Source: Methanocella sp.
Lineage (GTDB): Archaea > Thermoproteota > Bathyarchaeia > Bathyarchaeales > Bathycorpusculaceae
Reading direction: 5' to 3'
Length of the DNA stretch: 64,000 bases
Assembly: GCA_050261115.1 (NCBI GenBank)
Contig: JBLNCY010000057.1
Location: 60,576 to 124,575 of the forward strand
Part shown: positions 37,743 to 46,932 of the stretch, piece by piece
Layout of the letters: the number at the start of each line of letters is the position of its first letter
How positions within the stretch are numbered: the first letter of the stretch is position 1
Notes under the pieces: generated by a model
Databases searched by the model: none
What the model saw: only the letters and a program-made list of their open reading frames with translations
Told to the model about the DNA's origin: nothing
Program-made: the position numbers and the translations under genes

Positions 37743-39221
37743 ATGCTGCATGGGGGCAGATTGGGCAATATCCGACAAGACGTCGCTGTATTCTGTTCCT
37801 CACGCAAAGACGACGCCCGCTTAGCTGATGCGGTTTTAGCCATCAACAAGGCACACGTCGCCATGCTTATCGAGCAAAAAATCATCAAAGCCGAAAGCGG
37901 CGCCATGATCCTTGCCTCCCTACAGAAACAAAACAGCAAGCAACTTGACCCCAACGCCGAAGACGTACACATGGCCATCGAAGAAGCAGTCCTTTCTGAA
38001 ACAGGTCCAGAAGTCGGAGGTAACCTGCACATTGCAAAAAGCCGCAACGACCAAGTAGCCACAGCCATCCGCATGGCACTCCGACGCGAAATCCTCACAA
38101 TCATGGGGCAAATCGTCGAGATGCAGCAGGCTCTACTGGAAGCAGCCGCCAAACACACCCAAACAATCATCCTAGAATACACTCATCTACAGGCAGCCCA
38201 ACCAGTCACCTATGCACATTACCTCCTCTATCAGGCAGATGTGTTAGAACGAGACCTACAGCGGCTAAAAAACGCTTACAGCCATGTTAACTTATGCCCA
38301 TTAGGCGCAGGGGCTTTAGCAACCACCAGTTTTCCGATTAACCGCAAACAAACCGCCGCGTATTTGGGTTTTGATGATGTATTGGAGAACTCGCTTGATG
38401 CTGTGGGTAGCCGCGACTTTATAGTTGAAACTCAATCGGCATTGGCCCTGCTTGCTATTAACTTGAGCCGGTTCGCTGAGGACCTCATCATCTGGAGCTC
38501 AGCCGAATTTGGAACCATCGAACTCCCCGATGAGTTCACTTCAACAAGTAGCATTATGCCCCAGAAAAAGAACCCCGAAGTTCTCGAAGTTATCCGGGCA
38601 AGAGCAAGTTATGCACTGGGTGACTTTCTAGCTGCCGCTGCAGCAATCAAGAGTTTACCGACTACTTACAACTTGGACTTCCAAGAAGTAACCCCCAAAC
38701 TCTGGGCAGTCACCGACAACTTGGAAGCTTCACTAAATATCTTCGCCGCGCTAGTTCCAAACATTAAAGTCGTGGGCAACGTTGAAGACAAAGCAGCCTC
38801 GGGTTTTGTAGCGGCAACCGAAGTCGCTAACATGCTTGTAAGCAAATACGGTATCGCGTTTCGTACCGCACACAAGATCGTGGGTGCACTCGTTAAGGCG
38901 CTCATCGACTCCAAGCAGACACTCAACGACGCTACCCCTGCTTTGCTGGAGAAAGTGGCTCTAGAAGCTGCAGGCGTTAAAATAACAGTTAAAAGTGATG
39001 ACATTAATTCATGCACGGATTTGCGGAAAATAATCGAAACATATAAAGTACAAGGCGGACCATCACCGAAAGAAACCACACGAATGCTCACTGCAAGAAC
39101 AAAAGCTGTCGCGGCAAACCAGAAACTCGTAACAGAACTCAAAGATAAACTCTCAAACGCCGACAACACACTCAACAAAGTAGTAAAAGAGTACTCACAG
39201 CTAAAAAATCAAAAAGCGTAA
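37743..39221 (+). CDS. argH: Argininosuccinate lyase
   Basis: EDVHMAIE, KSRNDQ, YTHLQAAQP, SSIMPQKKNP; start may instead be TTG at 37716. Confidence 0.95.
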   Translation: MLHGGRLGNIRQDVAVFCSSRKDDARLADAVLAINKAHVAMLIEQKIIKAESGAMILASLQKQNSKQLDPNAEDVHMAIEEAVLSETGPEVGGNLHIAKSRNDQVATAIRMALRREILTIMGQIVEMQQALLEAAAKHTQTIILEYTHLQAAQPVTYAHYLLYQADVLERDLQRLKNAYSHVNLCPLGAGALATTSFPINRKQTAAYLGFDDVLENSLDAVGSRDFIVETQSALALLAINLSRFAEDLIIWSSAEFGTIELPDEFTSTSSIMPQKKNPEVLEVIRARASYALGDFLAAAAAIKSLPTTYNLDFQEVTPKLWAVTDNLEASLNIFAALVPNIKVVGNVEDKAASGFVAATEVANMLVSKYGIAFRTAHKIVGALVKALIDSKQTLNDATPALLEKVALEAAGVKITVKSDDINSCTDLRKIIETYKVQGGPSPKETTRMLTARTKAVAANQKLVTELKDKLSNADNTLNKVVKEYSQLKNQKA

Positions 39222-39245
39222 CGCTTAAAAATTTAAACTGATAGG

Positions 39246-40403
39246 TTGAATAGGGCTTTGGCTCCACAAGATAGCACGTTCAAAAAATGCAAAAAAGCGG
39301 TTCTGCTTCTCGAAGACGGAACGTCATTTATCGGTAAAGGTTTTGGTGCAACAGCAAAAATCTCTGGGGAGGTTGTTTTCTCCACTCAGATGGTGGGGTA
39401 CCCTGAAGCCTTGACTGATCCGTCCTATAAGGGACAGGTTTTAACTTTCACTTATCCAATGGTTGGCAACTATGGTGTTCCCGATAAAGTCATGGATTTG
39501 GGGTTGCCGCTTTATTTTGAGTCAGATCATATTCAGCCTCAAGGCTTAATCATCCATGAACTCTGCCACGAACCCTTCCACTGGGCATCAACACGCACGC
39601 TGGACCAGTGGCTTGCAGACGAAGGTGTCCCCGGTATCTATGGTGTAGACACTAGGCGCTTAACAAAGAAGCTGCGAACCCACGGTGTAATGCTTGGTAT
39701 ATTGCAGGTCTTCGAGGAAGGCGATGAACCAGACATGGAGGCGCTGCTTAAGAACTGTAAAAGTATCGCTGATCCAAACGAAACTGACCTTGTTAAGCAA
39801 GTCTCGGTTAAAAAACCTGTAACTTACAGTGTAGACGGCAAAAAAACTGCGGTGCTCATCGATTGCGGCGTTAAATTCAGCATCATACGAAACCTCCTAA
39901 AACGAGGCATAAATGTAATACGGGTACCGTATGATACGTCTGCAAAAGACATCCTCTCATACAACCCCGACGGAGTCTTCTTAAGCAACGGACCCGGCGA
40001 CCCCAAAAAATGCGTTAAAACAATCGCTGCCATACGTGAGTTGAGTGAAAAGAAACCGCTTATGGGTATTTGTCTTGGTGCACAAATTCTTGCTTTGGCA
40101 CTTGGCGGCGATACTTACAAACTAAAATTCGGCCACCGTGCCCAGAATCAGCCTGCACTCGACTTATACGATAGCCGCTGCTACATCACCACACAGAATC
40201 ACGGTTACGCTATCAATATGGATTCGCTCCAAAAGACCCCGCTGGAGCCATGGTTTATCAATCCAAACGACAAAACCGTTGAGGGTATCCGTCACAAGAG
40301 CAAACCTGTTTTTGCTGTACAGTGGCACCCTGAAGCTTCACCTGGTCCCTATGACACTGAACTCTTATTTGATAAATTCGCAAAAGCCTTGGAGGTTAAC
40401 TAA
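39246..40403 (+). CDS. carA: Carbamoyl-phosphate synthase small subunit
   Basis: LTDPSYKGQ, LSNGPGDP, GICLG, QNHGY, QWHPE. Confidence 0.96.
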   Translation: MNRALAPQDSTFKKCKKAVLLLEDGTSFIGKGFGATAKISGEVVFSTQMVGYPEALTDPSYKGQVLTFTYPMVGNYGVPDKVMDLGLPLYFESDHIQPQGLIIHELCHEPFHWASTRTLDQWLADEGVPGIYGVDTRRLTKKLRTHGVMLGILQVFEEGDEPDMEALLKNCKSIADPNETDLVKQVSVKKPVTYSVDGKKTAVLIDCGVKFSIIRNLLKRGINVIRVPYDTSAKDILSYNPDGVFLSNGPGDPKKCVKTIAAIRELSEKKPLMGICLGAQILALALGGDTYKLKFGHRAQNQPALDLYDSRCYITTQNHGYAINMDSLQKTPLEPWFINPNDKTVEGIRHKSKPVFAVQWHPEASPGPYDTELLFDKFAKALEVN

Positions 40404-40405
40404 GC

Positions 40406-43400
40406 ATGCCAAAGTTCGATTGGATAAAGAAAGTTCTAGTTCTCGGTAGCGGCGCCATTAAGATCGGGGAAGCTGCTGAATTCGACTATAGCGGCAGCCA
40501 ATGCCTAAAAGCGCTCCGCGAGGACGGTATCGAGACTGTTATCATTAACCCAAACATTGCAACTATCCAAACCGATCCACGCCTCAGCGGCAAAGTCTAC
40601 CTGCTTCCAGTCACACCAGAATTTGTAGAGAAAGTCATTGCTAAAGAACGCCCCGACGGCATCTTGCTAGGTTTTGGCGGGCAAACCGCCCTTAACTGTG
40701 GTTTAGAACTTGAAAAGAAGGGTATACTCCAGAAGTATAACGTGAAAGTCCTTGGCACCCCTGTAAAGGCCATTGAGGACACTGGGGATCGCGAGAGGTT
40801 CCGTCAAGCCATGGAAAAAGCAGGTGTACCCTTCCTAAAGAGCCAAGCTGCCACCAGTGTCAAGCAGGCTCTTGATATCGCTGACCAAATCGGTTATCCT
40901 GTTATGGTTCGTGTAGCTTACACACTGGGCGGCAAAGGCGCAGGTGTTGCTCACAACCCTAAGGAGCTCAAAGAGATTACAACGGTCGGCCTTGCCCAGA
41001 GCCGTATCAACCAGGTCCTCGTTGAGGAGTATGTGGGGCACTGGAAGGAGGTTGAGTACGAAGTTATGCGTGACTACAGCGATAACTGTCTCACCGTTTG
41101 TAACATGGAAAACTTTGACCCCATGGGCATCCATACTGGCGATAGCATCGTTGTGGCGCCGTCTCAGACCATGACTAACCGAGAGTATCACCATATTCGT
41201 TCTATATCTATTAACGCCATTCGCAGTCTCGGCATAGTTGGTGAATGTAACATACAGTGGGCACTTCACCCCCGGTCCGAGGAGTGCCGCGTTATTGAAG
41301 TAAACAGCAGGATGTCGCGTAGTAGTGCGCTTGCCAGCAAAGTCACGGGTTATCCGCTCGCCTATATCGCGACTAAACTTACTTTGGGCTATACCCTGCC
41401 AGAGCTCATTAACAAAGTCACTGCAACCACAACCGCCTGCTTTGAGCCTGCCCTCGACTATATTACTGTAAAAATCCCCCGTTGGGACCTTCAGAAGTTC
41501 CGCAATGCAGACAGACATGTCGGGCCTCAGATGCGTAGCGTCGGCGAAGTCATGGCTATCGGTCGCTGCTTTGAAGAGGCGCTCCAGAAGGCTGTTCGCA
41601 TGCTAGATACCGGTAAAATCGGCTTGGTTTGCAACCCGGAAGATGAAGAACCCGAATCTGAAGCGCACCTGCGCGACGAGATGGCGCATCCCACCGATGA
41701 GCGTCTCTACAAGGTTGCTAAAGCGCTTAAAATCGGCATCCCCGTTAAGGAGATTTACCGTTTAAGTGGTGTTGACCCCTTCTTCTTGTACAAGATCCAA
41801 AACATCGTTAACATGGAGGCTCAGCTTAAGAAACTCAACTTAGCTGAGGAAGGTGCCGCAGAAGTCATCCGTGAAGCTAAACGTCTTGGTTTCTCTGATG
41901 CGCAGATAGCGGTTTGCCAGAAGACTGACGAGATGACTATCCGTAACTTCCGTAAATCTGCAGGTATAGTTCCGGTTGTAAAGCAGATTGATACTTTGGC
42001 TGCAGAGTGGCCCGCTAAAACCAATTACCTCTACATGACCTATGGTGGCGACGAAGACGATATAGAATTTGTTAAAACAAAAAGCAAAGTCGTTGTCTTA
42101 GGTGCAGGTGTATTTCGTATAGGTAGTAGTGTAGAGTTTGATTGGTGCGGTGTCAACACAGTTTGGGCGCTAAAGAAGAATGGTGTCGAAGAAGCCATCA
42201 TGGTCAACTATAACCCTGAAACCGTCAGCACAGACTACGACATATCTGACAAATTGTACTTTGAAGAATTAACCGTTGAACGCATCCTAGACATCTATGA
42301 TAAGGAAGACCCGATGGGTGTTATCACAAGCGTCGGTGGCCAAATCCCCAACAACCTCTCTATGCCCCTCTCTGAGGCAGGCGCTACCATACTTGGCACC
42401 TCCGCCCAAGATGTAGACCTTGCAGAAGACAGAAGCAAATTCAGCGCACTCCTTGACCAACTGGGTATTTCGCAGCCGAGTTGGAGTAAACTTCAATCCA
42501 TCGAGGAGGCAAAGCGGTTTGCTACCAAAATCGGTTACCCCGTGCTGGTGCGTCCCAGCTATGTGCTCTCGGGCTCTGCAATGCGAGTTGCCTACAATGA
42601 AGTCGCACTTGAGAACTTCCTTAACTTAGCAGCAAAGGTAAGCCGCGATCACCCCGTTGTGATTAGCAAATTCATTACGCGCGCTAAAGAGGTTGAGGTG
42701 GATGGTGTCTCTGATGGCGACAACGTCTTTATCGGTGCAATCATGGAGCACGTTGAGAATGCTGGCGTCCATAGTGGCGATGCAACTATGACTATTCCTC
42801 CGCAGGCGCTAAAACCTGAGGTTCAAAAGGACATCGAAACTGCAACCATAAAAATTGTTAAGGCACTAAGGATCCATGGACCCTATAACATCCAGTACCT
42901 CGTCAAAGACGACGTTGTCCACGTTATCGAATGCAACCTCCGCGCTTCGCGATCTATGCCGTTTGTTAGCAAATGCCGTGGAATTAACCTCATCGAGCTT
43001 GCCACTCTTGCGATGCTGGGCAAAAAGATTGATGGCACCAAGTTGTCCCCCATGAAGGTGGCTCCTCACGTCGGGGTTAAGGTGCCTCAGTTTAGCTTTA
43101 TGCGATTGAGCGGCGCTGATCCAGTTTTGGGTGTTGAGATGCTTAGCACAGGCGAAGTTGCCTGTATCGGAGAGAGTTTTGCCGACGCATTCAGCAAAGC
43201 CTTGCAATCAGCAGAGTTCACTATACCACCCCGAGGCGGCTCAGTATTAATCAGCGTCGGCGGCGACGATGAACGCAAAGCCCGTGTGGTCCCGATAGCT
43301 AAAGCGTTCCAAGAGATGTGCTTCAAAATTTACGCTACCCGCAACACTTCTAAGGTCCTTGAAGCTCACAGCATCGCTAACACAGTGCTGCACAAAGTCA

Positions 43401-43681
43401 AGGATCCCGACGTTACACCAAACATACTAGACTACTTGCAGGAGCGAAAAATCGACCTCGTCATCAACGTGCCCATGGCTAACCGCAGAAGCAATATGAG
43501 CGACATAATCACCGATGGCTACATTATCCGTCGGCAAGCTGTGGAATTCAACGTGCCAGTCATCACTAACTTGCAGTTGGCGCAGGCGCTGGTTGATGTG
43601 ATGCGTCAGAAGAACCAGAATGGTAACAGTATCCGCTCGCTAAATGAGTATATGGATGAGTTACCTTGGAAGAAATGGTAA
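40406..43681 (+). CDS. carB: Carbamoyl-phosphate synthase large subunit
   Basis: GSGAIKIGEAAEFDYSG, two ATP-grasp halves, C-terminal MGS domain. Confidence 0.97.
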   Translation: MPKFDWIKKVLVLGSGAIKIGEAAEFDYSGSQCLKALREDGIETVIINPNIATIQTDPRLSGKVYLLPVTPEFVEKVIAKERPDGILLGFGGQTALNCGLELEKKGILQKYNVKVLGTPVKAIEDTGDRERFRQAMEKAGVPFLKSQAATSVKQALDIADQIGYPVMVRVAYTLGGKGAGVAHNPKELKEITTVGLAQSRINQVLVEEYVGHWKEVEYEVMRDYSDNCLTVCNMENFDPMGIHTGDSIVVAPSQTMTNREYHHIRSISINAIRSLGIVGECNIQWALHPRSEECRVIEVNSRMSRSSALASKVTGYPLAYIATKLTLGYTLPELINKVTATTTACFEPALDYITVKIPRWDLQKFRNADRHVGPQMRSVGEVMAIGRCFEEALQKAVRMLDTGKIGLVCNPEDEEPESEAHLRDEMAHPTDERLYKVAKALKIGIPVKEIYRLSGVDPFFLYKIQNIVNMEAQLKKLNLAEEGAAEVIREAKRLGFSDAQIAVCQKTDEMTIRNFRKSAGIVPVVKQIDTLAAEWPAKTNYLYMTYGGDEDDIEFVKTKSKVVVLGAGVFRIGSSVEFDWCGVNTVWALKKNGVEEAIMVNYNPETVSTDYDISDKLYFEELTVERILDIYDKEDPMGVITSVGGQIPNNLSMPLSEAGATILGTSAQDVDLAEDRSKFSALLDQLGISQPSWSKLQSIEEAKRFATKIGYPVLVRPSYVLSGSAMRVAYNEVALENFLNLAAKVSRDHPVVISKFITRAKEVEVDGVSDGDNVFIGAIMEHVENAGVHSGDATMTIPPQALKPEVQKDIETATIKIVKALRIHGPYNIQYLVKDDVVHVIECNLRASRSMPFVSKCRGINLIELATLAMLGKKIDGTKLSPMKVAPHVGVKVPQFSFMRLSGADPVLGVEMLSTGEVACIGESFADAFSKALQSAEFTIPPRGGSVLISVGGDDERKARVVPIAKAFQEMCFKIYATRNTSKVLEAHSIANTVLHKVKDPDVTPNILDYLQERKIDLVINVPMANRRSNMSDIITDGYIIRRQAVEFNVPVITNLQLAQALVDVMRQKNQNGNSIRSLNEYMDELPWKKW

Positions 43682-43750
43682 ATGGGGCTTTTGCCTCCCC
43701 TTTTTCGGGGTAGTGGTATGAAAAATAGTGTGTTGGGTTTTGGTGGTTTA

Positions 43751-43819
43751 GTTCTGTTTCTCTCACACTAGACCCCCTCTCTTATATATAGAGTCAACCC
43801 TTGGTTGAACCTGTGCTTG
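43751..43819 (+). repeat. Dispersed ~68-bp intergenic element, copy 5
   Basis: gttctgtttctctcacactagaccccctctcttatatatagagtcaacccttggttgaacctgtgcttg; contains the perfect inverted repeat TCAACC-CTT-GGTTGA. Confidence 0.88.
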
Positions 43820-43877
43820 AAGCAGCCTCTATCTCTGAGGTGCCCCTTGTTTCTCTTTGATGTGTGTGCCTTCTTAA

Positions 43878-45803
43878 GTGGGTACCCGTCAATTATTCTT
43901 TTATAGCTCCCAGAGGCATATCTTACGGGGGATTGAAGCGTCTTTTAGCAAAGAATTTTTCAACAACCTCTCCTTTGACACATTACAGACCATTTTCGAA
44001 GTTTTTCCCTCAGCGGTAGTCATTACTGACGTGCAAGGAAGCTTTCTCTATGTGAATCAGCGGGCGAAAGATATTCTTGGGTTTGATTTCGGCGGCTTAA
44101 CTTTCAGTGAGTTCTCAAAGCAGGTGAAATTGCTCAAACCCGACGGGTCGCCTCTGCCCGCACAGGAAATGCCTCTGACAGACTCGCTTGTTCGCGGTAA
44201 AATCGTTAGGAACGCCGAGGTTGCAGTTGAGTTGCCGACTGGGCGCCGTTTGGATTTGCTTATCGGTTCCGCTCCGATTTTTGGCGCCGGTGTCGGTGTG
44301 GCTGCTGCGGTTTTGATATTTGAGGATATGAGTCAGCAGAAGAGCGCCGAGGTAGCTCTTAAGGAAAGTGAGGAAAAGTATCGTGCACTTGTCGATAATC
44401 TGGTTGATGCCATAGTGGTTCATCGTAATGGGGAGTTCCTTTTTGCTAATAAAGCAGCCCTAAAACTGTATGGCGTCAAGAGTTTTGATGAGTTGAAGCT
44501 TAAGCGGATTTTTGATTACACGTTGTCTCCGGAGCAAAACGGTGTTGAGGAAAGGGTAAGCCAGCTATCTCCAGAGGGGGTAAGGATGCAATCCGTGGAG
44601 GAGTATCTTGTTTTGCGATCAGATGGGACACGTATTCCTGTGGATGCGGTGGGGGTGCCGATTCATTACTCGGGCAAAGAAGCTGTGCTTGTAATTTTAA
44701 GGGATATAACACAGAGAAAAGAGATGAGCCAAAAACTCAGGGAATACGCCACTAACCTAGAGAAGCTTGTGGAGGCACGGACGGATGAAATCAGGCGTAA
44801 TGAAAAAGCTTACCATGAAATCTATGATAGCTTCGGAGAGGCATTGATTGCGATAGACTGGGAGCTCAACGTTATTCATTGGAATAAAGCGGCTGAGCGT
44901 GTAACAACCGTTAAGGCGTCTGATGCGGTTGGGAAAAAAGTCTACGAGGTTCTCCCCGAAACATTAACGGTTGATATTGCCCCGTATTTTGAGTCTTTGC
45001 GAGAAAGCAGACCTGCCCGTTTTATGATGAATACGGTTAGTCGAGAAACCAAAAAGCCCTCGATTTTTGAAATATCCACTTACCCCTCTTCTCAAGGAAT
45101 CATAATCATTATCGAGGACAAAACTGAGGAGGAAGAAAACAAGCGGCTCTCCGCTATTGGGGCAACAGCGGGGATGGTGGGCCATGACATCCGTAACCCC
45201 TTGCAGGCGATGCTAAGCGATATTTACCTGCTAAAAGAGGAACTTGCATCTACACCTGAATGTAGGGATAAGGATGAGATAAATGAAAGCATAGAGAGCC
45301 TTGAGCAGAACATCGCTTATATCAACAAAATCGTGGCTGACCTCCAAGACTACGCCAGACCCATAAACCCCGAATACGTAACGGTTAGCTTCTCAGACGT
45401 TTTACAGAGGATATTTGAGAACATAAAAATCCCAGACACAATCAAACTATCCATCCACGTGTCACACCTTGAAAAAATAAAAACTGATCCCCTGCTGCTA
45501 CAGCGGTCAATAGCCAACCTGGTTAACAACGCAATCCAAGCCATGCCAAACGGCGGCGTACTAGAAGTAACAGGCACCCGCGAGGGCAACATAACAACCA
45601 TCACGGTGTCGGATACGGGGGTTGGAATTCCCGAGGAAGTCAAAAACCACCTGTTTAAGCCTATGATGACGACTAAATCGAAAGGTCAAGGGTTCGGGTT
45701 GGCAGTGTCAAAGCGGTTAATTGAAGCGATGAAGGGCAGCATCGGCTTTGAAAGCGAAGAGGGCAAGGGGACAAAGTTCACCATTAAACTGCCTGAATCC
45801 TAG
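43878..45803 (+). CDS. Cytoplasmic multi-PAS sensor histidine kinase
   Basis: Three PAS/PAC units; H-box GHDIRNPL, N-box NLVNNAIQA, DTGVGI, GQGFGL; start uncertain. Confidence 0.92.
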   Translation: MGTRQLFFYSSQRHILRGIEASFSKEFFNNLSFDTLQTIFEVFPSAVVITDVQGSFLYVNQRAKDILGFDFGGLTFSEFSKQVKLLKPDGSPLPAQEMPLTDSLVRGKIVRNAEVAVELPTGRRLDLLIGSAPIFGAGVGVAAAVLIFEDMSQQKSAEVALKESEEKYRALVDNLVDAIVVHRNGEFLFANKAALKLYGVKSFDELKLKRIFDYTLSPEQNGVEERVSQLSPEGVRMQSVEEYLVLRSDGTRIPVDAVGVPIHYSGKEAVLVILRDITQRKEMSQKLREYATNLEKLVEARTDEIRRNEKAYHEIYDSFGEALIAIDWELNVIHWNKAAERVTTVKASDAVGKKVYEVLPETLTVDIAPYFESLRESRPARFMMNTVSRETKKPSIFEISTYPSSQGIIIIIEDKTEEEENKRLSAIGATAGMVGHDIRNPLQAMLSDIYLLKEELASTPECRDKDEINESIESLEQNIAYINKIVADLQDYARPINPEYVTVSFSDVLQRIFENIKIPDTIKLSIHVSHLEKIKTDPLLLQRSIANLVNNAIQAMPNGGVLEVTGTREGNITTITVSDTGVGIPEEVKNHLFKPMMTTKSKGQGFGLAVSKRLIEAMKGSIGFESEEGKGTKFTIKLPES

Positions 45804-46590
45804 ACGGCGAAGTTGAGGGTGGATGCTCAAGAGAGGATAGTCTACGTCAACCAATAGCAAACCTACCGCTAAAACCACAACCGTCACCACCAACCCAACA
45901 ATGCCAATTTGTTCCATACTAAGCTGAGGCAGCATAGTCTCCTGCTGGTTGCCGGTTTCTTTTTGTGTGCTCGTATTGTTTACTAAGTCAGGCAGTGAGA
46001 TGGTTGGTTGGCTGGTTGGCATTTCGTCGCTCCCAACGATTATTGTCTTTGGGGTGCTCCAGTCGCTTGCCGCTATAAGGTCAAATCCGTCACCTATCCG
46101 TGCCATACTTCTACCTCGACTAAGAACAGGGTAGCTGGTACCTAGAGCTGCTTGAACTCTGATATCCATCTGTTGCCCTATTGGATCCCCAATGGTAAAA
46201 GAAACAGTAGTATACTCAGAAGTTGAGGCAAGAACCCCGTTTTGTTATAGTCATCTGAATACTGGCTTGACCACTCTTCGTTGGATTGCTTTAGTTGCAC
46301 ATGTAATGTAACCCTGTTGTATTGAGCCCCACTGTAGCAGGCGGTGGAGCCCATTGGTTTTTGATAATCACTTCGATTGTAAATTGCTTGACATAGCGGC
46401 CTTGACTAGGTATTGCTTCTCCCGTGAAGGGATGCGTTATATTCTTGGGGTTGATCTCATAAGAACTGTCTATCTGTCTTACCGTGAATTGGGGTGTTGG
46501 GGGACGAGGGGTAGCATCGGCTGTTTGAATTAGGAATGCGCTTGAAGCCATTAGGATACTGATGAGTGCTACTGTGGTTATTTTGTTCAC
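45717..46590 (-). pseudogene. Frameshifted secreted/TM-anchored protein of an abundant Bathyarchaeia-type family
   Basis: Signal peptide plus PPTPQFTV..HPFTG..TIEVIIKNQ (46291-46590), then VQLKQ..W and STSEYT..MDIRVQAALG..SDWS..TM in other frames; at least 2 frameshifts. Confidence 0.65.
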
Positions 46591-46777
46591 GTCTTTTACC
46601 CGTTAGGGACATCTACGGCGTTTTGCAATAAAGGTTTCTTGTAAAGAATCCCTGACCAAGCCTTGTCCAGAAACCTTGACAACAAAACTCTGTACCCGAT
46701 TGTTATATTCAAGTTATGGTTATACCGTAATCTTTTTATTCGCTCACTGTGTACGTTTTAAAATACGTGGAGTACCA

Positions 46778-46859
46778 AGAGGCATGAATATGAGGGATCG
46801 TCACCTCCCTAGCTGGGATCGTCGGGTATACTTCTACTAAACAGCCCAGATATACCTCT
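46778..46859 (+). promoter_or_regulatory. Candidate structured 5' leader / uORF of the ilv-leu operon
   Basis: Pairings AGAGG/CCTCT, AGGGA/TCCCT, CTGGG/CCCAG and GGTATA/TATACC; tandem GGGATCGTC; 18-codon uORF at 46784-46840. Confidence 0.35.
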
Positions 46860-46932
46860 AAGTTAACCACGGAAATCTTGCATTACATTTTTCGATCAGA
46901 CGAGAGTATATTAAAGAACCATACAGGAGACC

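Noticed and set aside
6388-43819. Dispersed repeat interpreted as a CRISPR array or an IS/MITE
   Set aside because: Copies are kilobases apart with no spacers, cas genes, terminal inverted repeats, target duplications or transposase.
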